Positions 37,696 through 48,771 of a stretch of DNA of 58,011 nt are shown here, in pieces. The position numbers were made by a program, and so were the translations under genes. The notes beneath the pieces are model-generated. The model was not told the DNA's origin, did no database searches, and worked only from the letters and a program-made list of their open reading frames with translations. Each line of letters begins with the position of its first letter. Within the stretch, counting starts at the first letter, position 1. The stretch lies in the sequence record SRR31156797_3395. One strand, written 5' to 3'.

Positions 37696-38853
37696 TTACA
37701 TGTAATTATCAATTATATAATCCGCAGCAGCATCGAGAGAGGTTATCTCACCTGACGCCATCATCGGCTTAACTTCTTTTAATATTTTCCCCATTTTCGG
37801 TCCCGGCGCAACACCTAATTCCTGTAAAATTGCACCGTTCAGCCTCTCTGGCAGGATAAAGTTTATCCTGGAAAGCTCAGACATAACAAGAAACTCTCTC
37901 GCCTCTATCTCAACCCTGTTCATCCCGTCACACTCCCTCTGGATGAGGTATAGCCTCAGACCATCATCAAGCTCGTCAGGATATTTATATATAAGTTTCC
38001 TTATATCAAGGTGATCATCATTGTCAAGGATCGTCGCTATCTGGTTCGCAAACTCAGAAACCCTCTCCGCCTTCTTCTTCATAGCGTTAGGGAAATTGAG
38101 CCTTCCAGCAAGCATTTCTTTCTCTTCGTCTGATAGTCTGCAATACATAGATGCAGCGAAAAATACCAGCCCACGTCCAGCGCAGGAAGCCTCTTCGTCG
38201 AAACAATCAGCAGAAAGTCCGCCAGTCATAATCCCGAAAACAAATGAATCGTGCATAGCTTTGAGTGAATCACATGCGTGTTTACCTTTGAAAAGCTTAT
38301 CTACCTCGCTGAATATCCTCTCTGAAGCGGACAGCTCAAGAAGTGCACGCTCAGCCCTAACCTTTATCATTGTTTCGTCTGCTATTTCAAAACCTAGCTG
38401 AGCCATAAAACGAAATGTACGCAATATCCTTAGAGGATCATCTTTAAATGTATTTTCACCTATGTGACGTATTACCCCGGCGTCCAAATCAGTTTTATCG
38501 CCGTAAATTTTTCCTCCAGTATCCATAGCGAGATTATTTATCGTAAAGTCACGCTTACCGAGGTCTTCCTCAAGTGTTTTACCCCTCGGCATAGAAATAT
38601 CTATCTCTGTCCGCCCTCTGACAAGCCTGATATTGTCCTTAAACTCCACCCATACGGACGGAACAGCAGACTTCACCGCATTTGCAAAATCCTTATAATC
38701 GTGTGAAAAGCATACGAGATCTATGTCTTGTATCTCTCTGTTAAGAAGGATGTCTCTAACGCATCCGCCTACGAAATAAGCTTCATAGCCGCCGTCAAGA
38801 ATAACTTTTTTTAACTCATTGAAAAAAGGGATTTTCAGGATATAGTTATTCAT
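37696..38853 (-). CDS. cca: tRNA nucleotidyltransferase, probably CC-adding (class II, loop-deleted)
   Basis: VGGCVRD..DID, RDFTIN, DDPLRILR, ERI..E; short spacing before motif B. ORF is open from 38895. Confidence 0.85.
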   Translation of the reverse strand: MNNYILKIPFFNELKKVILDGGYEAYFVGGCVRDILLNREIQDIDLVCFSHDYKDFANAVKSAVPSVWVEFKDNIRLVRGRTEIDISMPRGKTLEEDLGKRDFTINNLAMDTGGKIYGDKTDLDAGVIRHIGENTFKDDPLRILRTFRFMAQLGFEIADETMIKVRAERALLELSASERIFSEVDKLFKGKHACDSLKAMHDSFVFGIMTGGLSADCFDEEASCAGRGLVFFAASMYCRLSDEEKEMLAGRLNFPNAMKKKAERVSEFANQIATILDNDDHLDIRKLIYKYPDELDDGLRLYLIQRECDGMNRVEIEAREFLVMSELSRINFILPERLNGAILQELGVAPGPKMGKILKEVKPMMASGEITSLDAAADYIIDNYM

Positions 38854-38953
38854 AACGGTTTTCCGCTCCGCTATTGTTTGTTGACGAACTTGCAATACTA
38901 AAATAAAATATAACGTTTGTGTTTAACACCCTATTTCTCCGAAAGGAACAAGA

Positions 38954-39442
38954 ATGGAATTACTTATAATATCAGATACGCACACCGATTCAATAGCAAA
39001 ACTGCCCTTAGCTGTAAGAGAGGCTGCAGGGAAAGCTGATGGAATTATTCATGCCGGCGACGTAGTAGGCTATAAGGTCATTCACGATCTCTTAGAGATT
39101 AACCCAAAAGTTTACGCAGTGAAAGGAAATATGGACCCTATGCTCGGTGATGATTACCTTCCACAGAAAAGAGTCCTTGAAATTGAGGGTGTTAGGATAG
39201 GTATTTCACACGGTGAAGGTAGCCCGCAGGGGATAGAAAACAGGCTGCTTTACACATTTGAGAACGATAATGTTGATATAATAATTTTCGGGCACACACA
39301 CTCACCTTTCTGGGGGGTTATTAACAACATTTATTTCCTTAATCCTGGCAGCCCGACAAATAAAAGAGACGAACCACACCATACATATGCGATACTGAAG
39401 ATAGAAGACAGTAAATTTAATGCAGAGATAGTGAGGATTTAA
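38954..39442 (+). CDS. YfcE/MJ0936 family metallophosphoesterase
   Basis: ISDTH, HAGD, KGNMD, HG, FGHTH, NPGS. Confidence 0.93.
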   Translation: MELLIISDTHTDSIAKLPLAVREAAGKADGIIHAGDVVGYKVIHDLLEINPKVYAVKGNMDPMLGDDYLPQKRVLEIEGVRIGISHGEGSPQGIENRLLYTFENDNVDIIIFGHTHSPFWGVINNIYFLNPGSPTNKRDEPHHTYAILKIEDSKFNAEIVRI

Positions 39443-39444
39443 TT

Positions 39445-40791
39445 ATGAAGATAGCGATAGTAGGTGCAGGAAGCGCAGGGATGACTGCGGCTTATAACTT
39501 CCTTGATAAAGATATAGATGTAGACATGTTTGAAAAAGGTAACGGACTGGATAAACGTACCAGAAACGAGGTGATGGAAGGGTTCGGCGGTGCTGGGGCA
39601 TACTCAGACGGCAAGCTCACACTCACAACCGAATACGGCGGCTGGCTCACAGATTATATGTCTGAGGCGGAACTCGAAGCTCTTATAGCTGAAGCTGACG
39701 ACATGTGGAGGAACATAAGCGGTGTTCACGAGCTCTCCTCAGGTGGAGACTATGAAACAACTAAAGACCTCCAGTATGAATGCTCACGCCACGGACTCAG
39801 GCTTTACCCTGCTAAAATCCGCCACCTAGGCACGGATAACTGTCTTCTCTTTAATCAGAAGCTATACGAAATGGCGCAGAAAGCCAAAAATATCAACTTA
39901 TTATGTAATGCAAACGTTACTGATCTCATTGTCGAGGAAGACACTGTTAAAGGTGTTGAGGTTGAGATAAACGGACAGATAGAGAAGAGATACTACGACA
40001 AGGTTATCATCGGGGTCGGCAGAAGCGGCAATGCCTGGATGCAGGATATGGTGCGCAAATATGACATGAAAAACGACCTCAACCCTGTGGATATAGGCGT
40101 CCGTGTGGAAGTACCCAGAGCCATCACAGATAAATTCACTGACAGCCTATATGAATTCAAAATAAAATATTTCACAAGTGAGTTCGAAGATGAGGTGCGT
40201 ACATTCTGCGTTAACCCGGGCGGATTTATGAGTATAGAAAAAAACACGGGCGGGCTGCTCACCGTGAACGGACATAGCTATAAAAACCGCCACAGTGACA
40301 ACACTAACTTCGCCCTGCTTGTATCCACTAAATTTACAGAGCCGTTTGATGAGCCTCTAAAATATGGGCGCTACATCGCGAACCTGTCCAACATGATCGC
40401 TGGCGGAGATAACGTTATCGTCCAGAGATATGGAGATTTCCTCAGAGGCAGACGCTCCACAGAGAGCCGTATACGCAAAAACTTCGTCCAGCCTACGCTT
40501 GACGCTCTTCCTGGGGATTTATCTTTTGTACTGCCGTATAGATACCTGCACAACCTGAAGGAAACCATCGAACAGCTCGACAAGGTTATGCCGGGGATGG
40601 CTGACCCTAACACGCTCATGTACGGTGTAGAGGTGAAGTTCTACTCTGTGAGAATCAAAGTAGATAAGAATATGCGCTCACAGTCACTTGAAAACCTTTA
40701 CTGCACTGGGGACGGCGCAGGTCTCACACGTGGAATCATTCAGGCAAGTGTGTCAGGCTTGATCGCTGCCAAGGATATACTGAAAACTTAG
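39445..40791 (+). CDS. FAD-dependent oxidoreductase (COG2509-like)
   Basis: GAGSAG Rossmann, GFGGAGAYSDGKL, RHLGTD, GVRVE, RTFC, VNGHS, GDGAG. Confidence 0.88.
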   Translation: MKIAIVGAGSAGMTAAYNFLDKDIDVDMFEKGNGLDKRTRNEVMEGFGGAGAYSDGKLTLTTEYGGWLTDYMSEAELEALIAEADDMWRNISGVHELSSGGDYETTKDLQYECSRHGLRLYPAKIRHLGTDNCLLFNQKLYEMAQKAKNINLLCNANVTDLIVEEDTVKGVEVEINGQIEKRYYDKVIIGVGRSGNAWMQDMVRKYDMKNDLNPVDIGVRVEVPRAITDKFTDSLYEFKIKYFTSEFEDEVRTFCVNPGGFMSIEKNTGGLLTVNGHSYKNRHSDNTNFALLVSTKFTEPFDEPLKYGRYIANLSNMIAGGDNVIVQRYGDFLRGRRSTESRIRKNFVQPTLDALPGDLSFVLPYRYLHNLKETIEQLDKVMPGMADPNTLMYGVEVKFYSVRIKVDKNMRSQSLENLYCTGDGAGLTRGIIQASVSGLIAAKDILKT

Positions 40792-40929
40792 TCGTAAGCG
40801 CAACGCCGTTTATCAACTTAAAACGCAGATTTCATTGCCAAACAATGAGCACTTTAATAGCGTAAACTCATACATATCATTGATTAACTTACAGCAATAA
40901 GTCAACTCATAAAACATCGAAACTGTTTC

Positions 40930-40958
40930 TTGACTTTTAAAAGTGAACAAAGTACCAT
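40930..40958 (+). promoter_or_regulatory. Sigma70-type promoter of the polysaccharide locus
   Basis: TTGACT-17 bp-TACCAT upstream of manC. Confidence 0.55.
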
Positions 40959-41010
40959 CAAAAATTGTGAATTAATGCGTATATTTAACGATTCCATTAG
41001 AGGCTTTTAA

Positions 41011-42387
41011 ATGATAAATATTGTATTATGCGGCGGCAGCGGTTCACGTTTGTGGCCAATAAGCAGAACACTTATGCCAAAACAATTCGTTAAGTTGTTT
41101 GATGGTAAATCATTGTTTCAACTCACTGTAGAAAGAAATTCAAATATTTGCGATAAAATTTTCATTGTATCAAATATAGAACAGTTTTTCTTAGCAGAAA
41201 ACCAGCTTGATAACTATCCTTGTGAATCTGACTATTTACTAGAACCTGTAGGCAGAAATACCGCACCAGCAATTGCTCTGGCATGCCTAGCATTGAACAA
41301 AGATGATATTGTTTTAGTCACCCCTTCCGATCATTTAATAAAAAATGAAGCCGAATATTCAAAAGTAGTCAGTAAAGCAAAAAGTTATGCTGAAAAAGAC
41401 TACTTATGTACATTTGGAATAACACCGGACTACCCCGAAACTGGTTACGGATATATTGAAGCAGATCAGGACAATGTCATTTCATTTAGGGAAAAACCAG
41501 ATTCATCTACTGCTGAAAAATACGTTAATGCCGGTGGTTATTATTGGAATAGCGGGATGTTTTGCTTCAAAGCAGGAGTATTGCTTGATGAATTAAAAAA
41601 ATACCAGCCTGAAATCTATGAGAAATGTGTAGTTGCTTATAACAAATCAAATAAAGATAACGGCATAAGGGTCACCAAAAATGATATGCTGGATATCCCA
41701 AGCGATAGTGTAGATTACGCTATCATGGAAAAATCGCAAAAAGTAAAAGTAGTCGCAAGCAGCATAGATTGGTCAGACCTTGGTAGTTTTGATTCTCTTT
41801 ATAATAATGTGCATAAAGATGAAAATGGCAATTCAATAAATACTGATCATATTAATGTGGACAGCTTCAACAACCTGATATTAGGCGATACAAGAAAGAT
41901 CGCAACTGTAGGTATAGAAGATTCAATCATAGTTGACATGGCTGATGCACTACTAGTTGCAAAAAGAGGAAACAGCCAAGATGTTAAAAAAATAGTAGAA
42001 AAACTCAAGGCAGAAGAGTCTGAATTGTGTGATATCCATGTAACAGGCTACAGACCATGGGGTAGCTATACTGTTCTTGAAGAATCTCAAGGTTATAAAA
42101 TAAAAAGAATAGAAGTGGCTCCCGGTGGCAGACTCAGCCTTCAGAAGCATTTCCATAGAAATGAACACTGGATCGTATTAAGTGGCACAGCAACCGTCAC
42201 AGTGGGAGAAAAAACTCAGTTTGTGCGCCCTAATGAATCAATATACATAAAAATGGGAGAAGTCCACAGGCTTGCAAACGAAGGCAAAATACCCCTCAAG
42301 CTCATTGAAGTTCAGGTAGGTGAATATACTGGAGAAGATGACATCCAAAGGCTTGAAGATGATTACAGGAGGGCCTCTGATGCTTAA
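41011..42387 (+). CDS. manC: Mannose-1-phosphate guanylyltransferase/mannose-6-phosphate isomerase
   Basis: GGSGSRLWP, PKQF, EPVGRNTAPA, FREKP, WSDLGS, RPWG, LSLQKH cupin. Confidence 0.96.
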   Translation: MINIVLCGGSGSRLWPISRTLMPKQFVKLFDGKSLFQLTVERNSNICDKIFIVSNIEQFFLAENQLDNYPCESDYLLEPVGRNTAPAIALACLALNKDDIVLVTPSDHLIKNEAEYSKVVSKAKSYAEKDYLCTFGITPDYPETGYGYIEADQDNVISFREKPDSSTAEKYVNAGGYYWNSGMFCFKAGVLLDELKKYQPEIYEKCVVAYNKSNKDNGIRVTKNDMLDIPSDSVDYAIMEKSQKVKVVASSIDWSDLGSFDSLYNNVHKDENGNSINTDHINVDSFNNLILGDTRKIATVGIEDSIIVDMADALLVAKRGNSQDVKKIVEKLKAEESELCDIHVTGYRPWGSYTVLEESQGYKIKRIEVAPGGRLSLQKHFHRNEHWIVLSGTATVTVGEKTQFVRPNESIYIKMGEVHRLANEGKIPLKLIEVQVGEYTGEDDIQRLEDDYRRASDA

Positions 42388-43750
42388 TGGCATTTTCCGT
42401 GAATACGATATAAGAGGAATCTTCCCTGACGAATTAAGTGAAAATACTGTAAAAAAAATTGGATATTACTTTGCCAAAGAAGTTAAAGATAAAGTTCAGA
42501 ATGCAGAATACATCTCTGTCGGATATGATGCCCGTACTCACTCACCGCAACTGATGAAATGGCTGGCCAGCGGCATCACCCATGCAGGATTGAAGGTGCT
42601 TAGGATGGGGCTTGTCCCCACTCCGGTAAACTATTTCTCTAACTACACTGATTTCGATGGTAAAAAAACATCAGCGTCCCTAATGATTACAGGCTCTCAC
42701 AACCCTCCGGAATATAATGGCTTAAAGATTACAATTGATAAACAGCCATATTTTGGTGATGATATTTATGAATTGGGCAGAAAAGTTGTTGCGAGCCAAA
42801 TTACTATTCCTGATAGTGCTAAATATATCGACATTGACGCAAAAGGACTCTATATAAACTACATGGCGGAACATTTCAAAGGTATTAATCTGAGAAATAA
42901 AAAATATATATTTGACTGTGGTAACGGCGCAGCTGGAGCAGTGCTTAGAGATATACTCACTGTGTTGAATATTAACTTTGATATTCTTTATGAAGAGCCT
43001 GACGGCAACTTCCCTAATCATCATCCTGATCCAAGTGCCCCAGAGACGCTTGAGGATATCAAAAGTAAACTTAGCAGTTATGAATACGATTTGGGATTCG
43101 CATATGATGGAGACGGAGATAGAATAGCTGTACTCTCAAAAAAATATAATTTCAAAGGTGATATTCTTGCTTTATTCTTCTCAAGGTTTATTAATAAGCC
43201 TATAGTTATAGGTGAAGTTAAGTGCAGCCAGATAATGTATGATCAGATCAACGAATATGGCAAAGCAATTATGTATAAGACTGGTCATAGTAATCTGAAA
43301 GTCAAAATAAAAGAAACCGGAGCATCATTCGCCGCTGAAGTTAGTGGACATATATTCTTTAATGACAGATACTTTGGTTATGATGATGCTATTTATTCTA
43401 CGCTAAGAGCACTAGAGCTTTCAGCAAATGATTTCGATTTTGATAGAGAGTTTGAAAAATTACCTTATGTATTTGCTACAGATGAAATAAACATTGATAC
43501 TGAAGAAGATAAAAAGTTTAAAATTATAGAGACACTGAAAGAAAGGCTCTCTTCCCCACCTGAGAGTTTCCCTAAAATTAAAGAGATTGTAACAATTGAT
43601 GGTCTTAGGGTCATCTTCGATAAAGGCTGGGGTCTTGTAAGGGCAAGTAATACAACCCCTAAGCTTGTCACAAGATTCGAAGCCTGCGATGAGAAAACGG
43701 CTTTACTTTATAAGACGGAGCTTACAAAAATTATTAACGAAATTAAATAA
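42380..43750 (+). CDS. manB: Phosphomannomutase/phosphoglucomutase
   Basis: [38 protein letters not shown] before ATG 42380. Confidence 0.94.
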   Translation: MLNGIFREYDIRGIFPDELSENTVKKIGYYFAKEVKDKVQNAEYISVGYDARTHSPQLMKWLASGITHAGLKVLRMGLVPTPVNYFSNYTDFDGKKTSASLMITGSHNPPEYNGLKITIDKQPYFGDDIYELGRKVVASQITIPDSAKYIDIDAKGLYINYMAEHFKGINLRNKKYIFDCGNGAAGAVLRDILTVLNINFDILYEEPDGNFPNHHPDPSAPETLEDIKSKLSSYEYDLGFAYDGDGDRIAVLSKKYNFKGDILALFFSRFINKPIVIGEVKCSQIMYDQINEYGKAIMYKTGHSNLKVKIKETGASFAAEVSGHIFFNDRYFGYDDAIYSTLRALELSANDFDFDREFEKLPYVFATDEINIDTEEDKKFKIIETLKERLSSPPESFPKIKEIVTIDGLRVIFDKGWGLVRASNTTPKLVTRFEACDEKTALLYKTELTKIINEIK

Positions 43751-43772
43751 ATTATTTGGAGATGTGTATATT

Positions 43773-44894
43773 ATGAATAAACCTAAGGTAGCACTGATAA
43801 CAGGAATAACAGGTCAAGATGGATCATACTTAGCAGAATTCCTGCTAAATAAAGGCTACATTGTACATGGAATAAAAAGAAGAAGCTCACTTTTTAATAC
43901 AGATAGAATTGATCATATATATCAAGATCCACATGTTGAAGATAGAAATCTGATCCTCCATTATGGGGATATGACAGACAGTCTTAACCTAACAAGAATA
44001 ATTCAGGATACACAGCCTGATGAAATATATAATCTGGCAGCAATGAGCCATGTACATGTTAGTTTCGAAACACCTGAATATGTCGCTAATGCAGATGGCA
44101 CTGGAACACTCCGAATCCTTGAGGCGGTTAAGCTTCTGGGGCTCAAAGATAAAACTAAAATCTATCAGGCATCAACATCAGAGCTCTACGGCAAGGTACA
44201 GGAAACTCCGCAAAAAGAAACAACACCATTCTATCCAAGGAGTCCATATGCTGTTGCTAAAATGTATGCCTACTGGATAACAGTAAACTACCGCGAAGCT
44301 TATGATATGTTTGCATGTAACGGTATTCTTTTTAATCACGAATCACCGGTAAGAGGTGAAACTTTTGTTACAAGGAAAATTACCAGAGCTGCATCTAAGA
44401 TTGCTTTGGGGCTCCAGAATAAACTTTATCTTGGCAACCTTGATGCTAAAAGGGACTGGGGACATGCTAAAGATTATGTAAAAATGATGTGGATGATTCT
44501 TCAGGCACCAGCCCCAGAAGACTGGGTCATAGCAACCGGCGAGACAACGACAGTTCGTGATTTTGTCAGAATGGCATTTGATCATGTCGGCATCGAGCTT
44601 GAGTTTAAGGGAGAAGGTGTTGATGAAAAAGGTGTCATAAAATCCTGTTCTGATGAAAAATATCAATTACCTGTCGGGACAGAAGTAGTAGAAGTGGACC
44701 CTAGATACTTCAGACCAACCGAGGTTGACTTACTCCTCGGTGACCCATCAAAAGCAGAGCAAAAACTTGGCTGGAAGAGAGAATTCAGCCTTAAAGAATT
44801 AATAAGCGATATGATGGCTAATGATCTTAAGCTTATGACCAAAGATGTTTACCTTAAAGATGGTGGATATAAAGTATTAAGCTATTTTGAATAA
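43773..44894 (+). CDS. gmd: GDP-mannose 4,6-dehydratase
   Basis: [42 protein letters not shown]. Confidence 0.97.
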   Translation: MNKPKVALITGITGQDGSYLAEFLLNKGYIVHGIKRRSSLFNTDRIDHIYQDPHVEDRNLILHYGDMTDSLNLTRIIQDTQPDEIYNLAAMSHVHVSFETPEYVANADGTGTLRILEAVKLLGLKDKTKIYQASTSELYGKVQETPQKETTPFYPRSPYAVAKMYAYWITVNYREAYDMFACNGILFNHESPVRGETFVTRKITRAASKIALGLQNKLYLGNLDAKRDWGHAKDYVKMMWMILQAPAPEDWVIATGETTTVRDFVRMAFDHVGIELEFKGEGVDEKGVIKSCSDEKYQLPVGTEVVEVDPRYFRPTEVDLLLGDPSKAEQKLGWKREFSLKELISDMMANDLKLMTKDVYLKDGGYKVLSYFE

Positions 44895-44898
44895 TAAT

Positions 44899-45954
44899 AT
44901 GAATTCTAATAGTAAAATATATGTTGCCGGGCATAAAGGGCTTGTTGGTAGCGCAATTGTTAATAATCTATATGAAAAAGGATATAGAAATATTATCATG
45001 CGAACACACAAAGAATTAGATTTAACCATACAAGATGATGTGTTAAATTTCTTTTCACATGAAAAGCCTGAGTATGTAATATTAGCCGCAGCGAAAGTCG
45101 GGGGTATTGTTGCAAATAATACCTACAGAGCTGACTTCATATATGAAAACTTGCAAATCCAAAATAATATCATACATAGCAGCTACTTAACGAATATCAA
45201 GAAACTGCTCTTCCTCGGTTCTACATGCATCTATCCTAAAAATGCTCCACAACCGATGGCTGAAAATGCCCTTTTGACATCTCCACTTGAATACACTAAT
45301 GAACCTTACGCTATTGCAAAAATTGCTGGCATCAAAATGTGTGAAAGCTACAATATTCAATACGGTACAAACTATATCTCTGCAATGCCGACCAATCTTT
45401 ATGGTGAAAATGATAACTTCGATCTTGAAAAATCTCACGTACTCCCTGCTCTCATAAGAAAGTTTCATTTAGCCAAGCTTTATAAAGAAGAAAACTTTGA
45501 TGCACTGCTAATGGATCTGAATATAAAAGACATTTATAATGCTAAAGAATATCTGAACAAATTCGGGATTTCAAAAGACGAGGTTGAAATCTGGGGAACA
45601 GGTAAGCCAAGAAGAGAATTTCTTTTCTCTGCTGATCTTGCAGAAGCATGCGTATTTTTGATGGAAAATCATGATTTTAACCATATACACGATAGTAATA
45701 CTGGTGAATTAAAAAATACTCATATAAATATAGGTACTGGTGTCGATATTACCATAAAAGATCTCGCTGAGCTTATAAGGTCAATAGTGGGCTTTAATGG
45801 TAGAATATACTTCAACAAAAGCAAACCTGATGGTACTCTTGTCAAAGTGACAGACACATCCAAAATTAATTCACTAGGCTGGAAGCCGGCTGTTAAACTT
45901 AATGAAGGAATAAAATATGTTTATGATGCTTATAAAAAGGCAAAGGATTTATGA
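44899..45954 (+). CDS. fcl: GDP-L-fucose synthase
   Basis: [57 protein letters not shown]. Confidence 0.95.
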   Translation: MNSNSKIYVAGHKGLVGSAIVNNLYEKGYRNIIMRTHKELDLTIQDDVLNFFSHEKPEYVILAAAKVGGIVANNTYRADFIYENLQIQNNIIHSSYLTNIKKLLFLGSTCIYPKNAPQPMAENALLTSPLEYTNEPYAIAKIAGIKMCESYNIQYGTNYISAMPTNLYGENDNFDLEKSHVLPALIRKFHLAKLYKEENFDALLMDLNIKDIYNAKEYLNKFGISKDEVEIWGTGKPRREFLFSADLAEACVFLMENHDFNHIHDSNTGELKNTHINIGTGVDITIKDLAELIRSIVGFNGRIYFNKSKPDGTLVKVTDTSKINSLGWKPAVKLNEGIKYVYDAYKKAKDL

Positions 45955-46880
45955 GCTATAAAAATATTCTGATACTTGGAAATGGTTTTATTGCCAGAAA
46001 TTTAATTAACCACTACAAGAAAGAAAATGTAAATATTAGCCTTGCCTACTATAATCATAAACATGAATGTAAAGATATAAAACAATATAAAGTCGGCGAA
46101 TACAGTTTTCAGGACATAGTGAAAACTGCTGAGCCAGATTACGTTATAATTTTACAAGGCAATTCATTTGTACCAAATAATATAGGCATTGCAGATGCAA
46201 TAAACGATAATGTTAATAAAATCATTCCACTGCTAGAAGTTTTGAAAACATCAGAAAAATTAGAAAAAATTTTATTGGTAGGCTCAGCAAGTGAATATGG
46301 CAAAATGTATGATGAGCCAATTGACGAAACATTTGAACCCCATCCAACATCAATCTATGGACTAAGCAAAATTATACTCTGTAATGTTTTCAAGTTCTTT
46401 TATGAACAAGGACTACCTATAGTTTATGCGAGACAATTCAATACAACCGGATACGGTCAGAGAGATCTTTTTGTTCTTCCTTCATTTTGCAAAAAGACCG
46501 TAATGATTGAAAAAGGACATATGGACTATTCCTTAACAGTAGGTGATTTGACTCAGGAAAGAGATATTCTTGATATCAGAGATACTGTTGCTGCTTATGA
46601 CATTCTATTAAAAAAAGGTATCCCCGGCGAGATATATAATGTTGCTTCTGGAGAATGCTCAACAATAGGGTCAATACTGGATAAAGTCTTAAATTATTCG
46701 CAGGTTGATCAGGAAAAAATTAAAATCTTAACCAATGAAGATCTGTTTTCAAAAGAAGTTTCGCTAAGCAAAAGATTACATGCAGATATCAGCAAATTAA
46801 CAGATTTAGGCTTTAAAAAATCTTACAGTATAGATGACACAATAAAAATATTATTAGACTATTGGAGAAAACATGTTTGA
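45951..46880 (+). CDS. Extended SDR, Rmd-like (GDP-4-keto-6-deoxymannose reductase-like)
   Basis: [40 protein letters not shown]; degenerate Rossmann LGNGFIA. Confidence 0.7.
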   Translation: MSYKNILILGNGFIARNLINHYKKENVNISLAYYNHKHECKDIKQYKVGEYSFQDIVKTAEPDYVIILQGNSFVPNNIGIADAINDNVNKIIPLLEVLKTSEKLEKILLVGSASEYGKMYDEPIDETFEPHPTSIYGLSKIILCNVFKFFYEQGLPIVYARQFNTTGYGQRDLFVLPSFCKKTVMIEKGHMDYSLTVGDLTQERDILDIRDTVAAYDILLKKGIPGEIYNVASGECSTIGSILDKVLNYSQVDQEKIKILTNEDLFSKEVSLSKRLHADISKLTDLGFKKSYSIDDTIKILLDYWRKHV

Positions 46881-48771
46881 TAGTGGCAGGATTAAAGAAC
46901 TTTTTTCTAGAAAAGATATAAATTATACATACATAATTTCAGAAATAGGAATAAATCATAACGGATGCTTATCAACTGCTATTGATCTTATAAAAGCATC
47001 AAAAGATGCCGGTGTCGATGCCGTAAAATTTCAAAAAAGAAACTTAGAAAGCGTATACTCTTCTAATGTCCTTAATGATTCTAACAGTGCTGAGTGGAAT
47101 TTTGAATATCTGATCCCTCTGTTAAAAGAGGTTGAACTTGACAATGATGATTATCTCAAGATAAGAGAAGTTTGCGACGAACTTGAGCTTGATCTTATCG
47201 TTACTCCGTTTGACGAAATATCTGCAGAATTTCTAGCTGAGCTTGGTGTAAGTGCCTTTAAAATAGCTTCAGCAGACATGACCAATATCCCACTACTAAG
47301 AAAGTGCAACTCATATAACAAGCCATTATTTATATCCACCGGAATGTGGAGCAATAACGATATTAAGCGATGCGCTGAAATATTTAATAACGAAAACTTT
47401 AGTTTTGCTTTTCTGCTGGCACAATCAACTTACCCGGCGCCATACGAAACACTGAACCTTGACTATTTACAGACTCTTAAGAAACTTACTGATATCGTTG
47501 GCTATTCAGGTCACGAAAGAGGTACTTTCATACCTGTAGCTGCCGTTGCAATGGGCTGCAAAGTAATTGAAAAACATATTACATTTGATAAAACTCAAAA
47601 AGGTCCTGACCACAAAGCATCAATGCTCCCTGAAGAGTGGAAAGAGATGGTTTACTCTATTAGAATGCTCGAAAAAGCAAGAGGTGCTTACAAGCAGGTA
47701 AATCAAGCAGAAATCCAAAATAAAGAAGCATTTGCTAAATCTGCTGTTGCAACTAAAGATTTGAAGGAAGGACACATCCTTAACGAAAATGATATAGTCT
47801 TTAAGTCTCCAGGCAAAGGTATTTTCCCTCATGAAATATCAGATTTTTACGGTAAAGTTTTAAAAAAATCTATAAGTAAAGAACACTATATTGGTAAAAG
47901 AGATTTTGAGGATATTTTAGCTATTTCAGACTGGGAAGAATTCAAATTTAGTAAAATGTGGGGAATCAAATGCAGATTCCATGACTATGAAACTTATAAG
48001 GTTCTAAATAGCCCTTGTGCTGAATTTCACTGCTCACAGACTGATCTTGAAGTCCCTTTTGAAACCGAACAATCAAGCTCACAGCTTATTGTCCATGCTC
48101 CGGAAATCTTCGACAGGAGACTGGTTGATATCTGTTCTACAGATAAAGAAACTGTCGAAGACTCATTAGATATTTTACAAAAAAGCATAGATAAAACTAT
48201 AAAAATCGCAAGATTCTTCCCAAATTATAAACCAAAAATAGTCATGCACCTTGGCGGAATGTCTCTTCATAAAAACGACAATCCTAATTATCCTGAACTA
48301 ATAGAAATCGCTATAGATAATTTTAAAAAACTAAGGTTTGATCCAGACACTGTTGATATCTTACCTGAAAACTTACCTCCAAGACCGTGGTACTTAGGGG
48401 GAGAATGGTTTCAATATGGGTTTATGAAAGCAGAAGATATGATTAACTTTTGTAACTATTTTGATATCGGTATGACTTATGACATATGTCATGCTGACCT
48501 ATACTGTTATGAATTTAATAAATCACTGGAAGATTATACAAGATCAGTTATGCCAGTGACAAAGCATATACACATCTCAGATGCTTCTGGCAACAGCGGA
48601 GAAGGTCTACAGATAGGGGAAGGCCGTATCAATTTCGATACAGTTCTAGCTGAAGTCAAAGACTACAATTTTTCATGGGTTTCTGAAATATGGAGCGGAC
48701 ACCTTCATAACGGAGCTGGCTTGTACAAATGTATGAGGATACTAAGTTCTGAATACAATAGAGAGCTATAA
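46873..48771 (+). CDS. neuB: Nonulosonate synthase NeuB + SAF domain fused to a C-terminal xylose-isomerase/AP-endonuclease-2-like TIM barrel
   Basis: EIGINHNG, VKFQKR, KIASAD, STGM, GYSGHE, IEKHIT, GPDH; SPGKG SAF; then HAPE, HLGG, ENLPP, DICH, HIHISDA, EIW. Confidence 0.85.
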   Translation: MFDSGRIKELFSRKDINYTYIISEIGINHNGCLSTAIDLIKASKDAGVDAVKFQKRNLESVYSSNVLNDSNSAEWNFEYLIPLLKEVELDNDDYLKIREVCDELELDLIVTPFDEISAEFLAELGVSAFKIASADMTNIPLLRKCNSYNKPLFISTGMWSNNDIKRCAEIFNNENFSFAFLLAQSTYPAPYETLNLDYLQTLKKLTDIVGYSGHERGTFIPVAAVAMGCKVIEKHITFDKTQKGPDHKASMLPEEWKEMVYSIRMLEKARGAYKQVNQAEIQNKEAFAKSAVATKDLKEGHILNENDIVFKSPGKGIFPHEISDFYGKVLKKSISKEHYIGKRDFEDILAISDWEEFKFSKMWGIKCRFHDYETYKVLNSPCAEFHCSQTDLEVPFETEQSSSQLIVHAPEIFDRRLVDICSTDKETVEDSLDILQKSIDKTIKIARFFPNYKPKIVMHLGGMSLHKNDNPNYPELIEIAIDNFKKLRFDPDTVDILPENLPPRPWYLGGEWFQYGFMKAEDMINFCNYFDIGMTYDICHADLYCYEFNKSLEDYTRSVMPVTKHIHISDASGNSGEGLQIGEGRINFDTVLAEVKDYNFSWVSEIWSGHLHNGAGLYKCMRILSSEYNREL

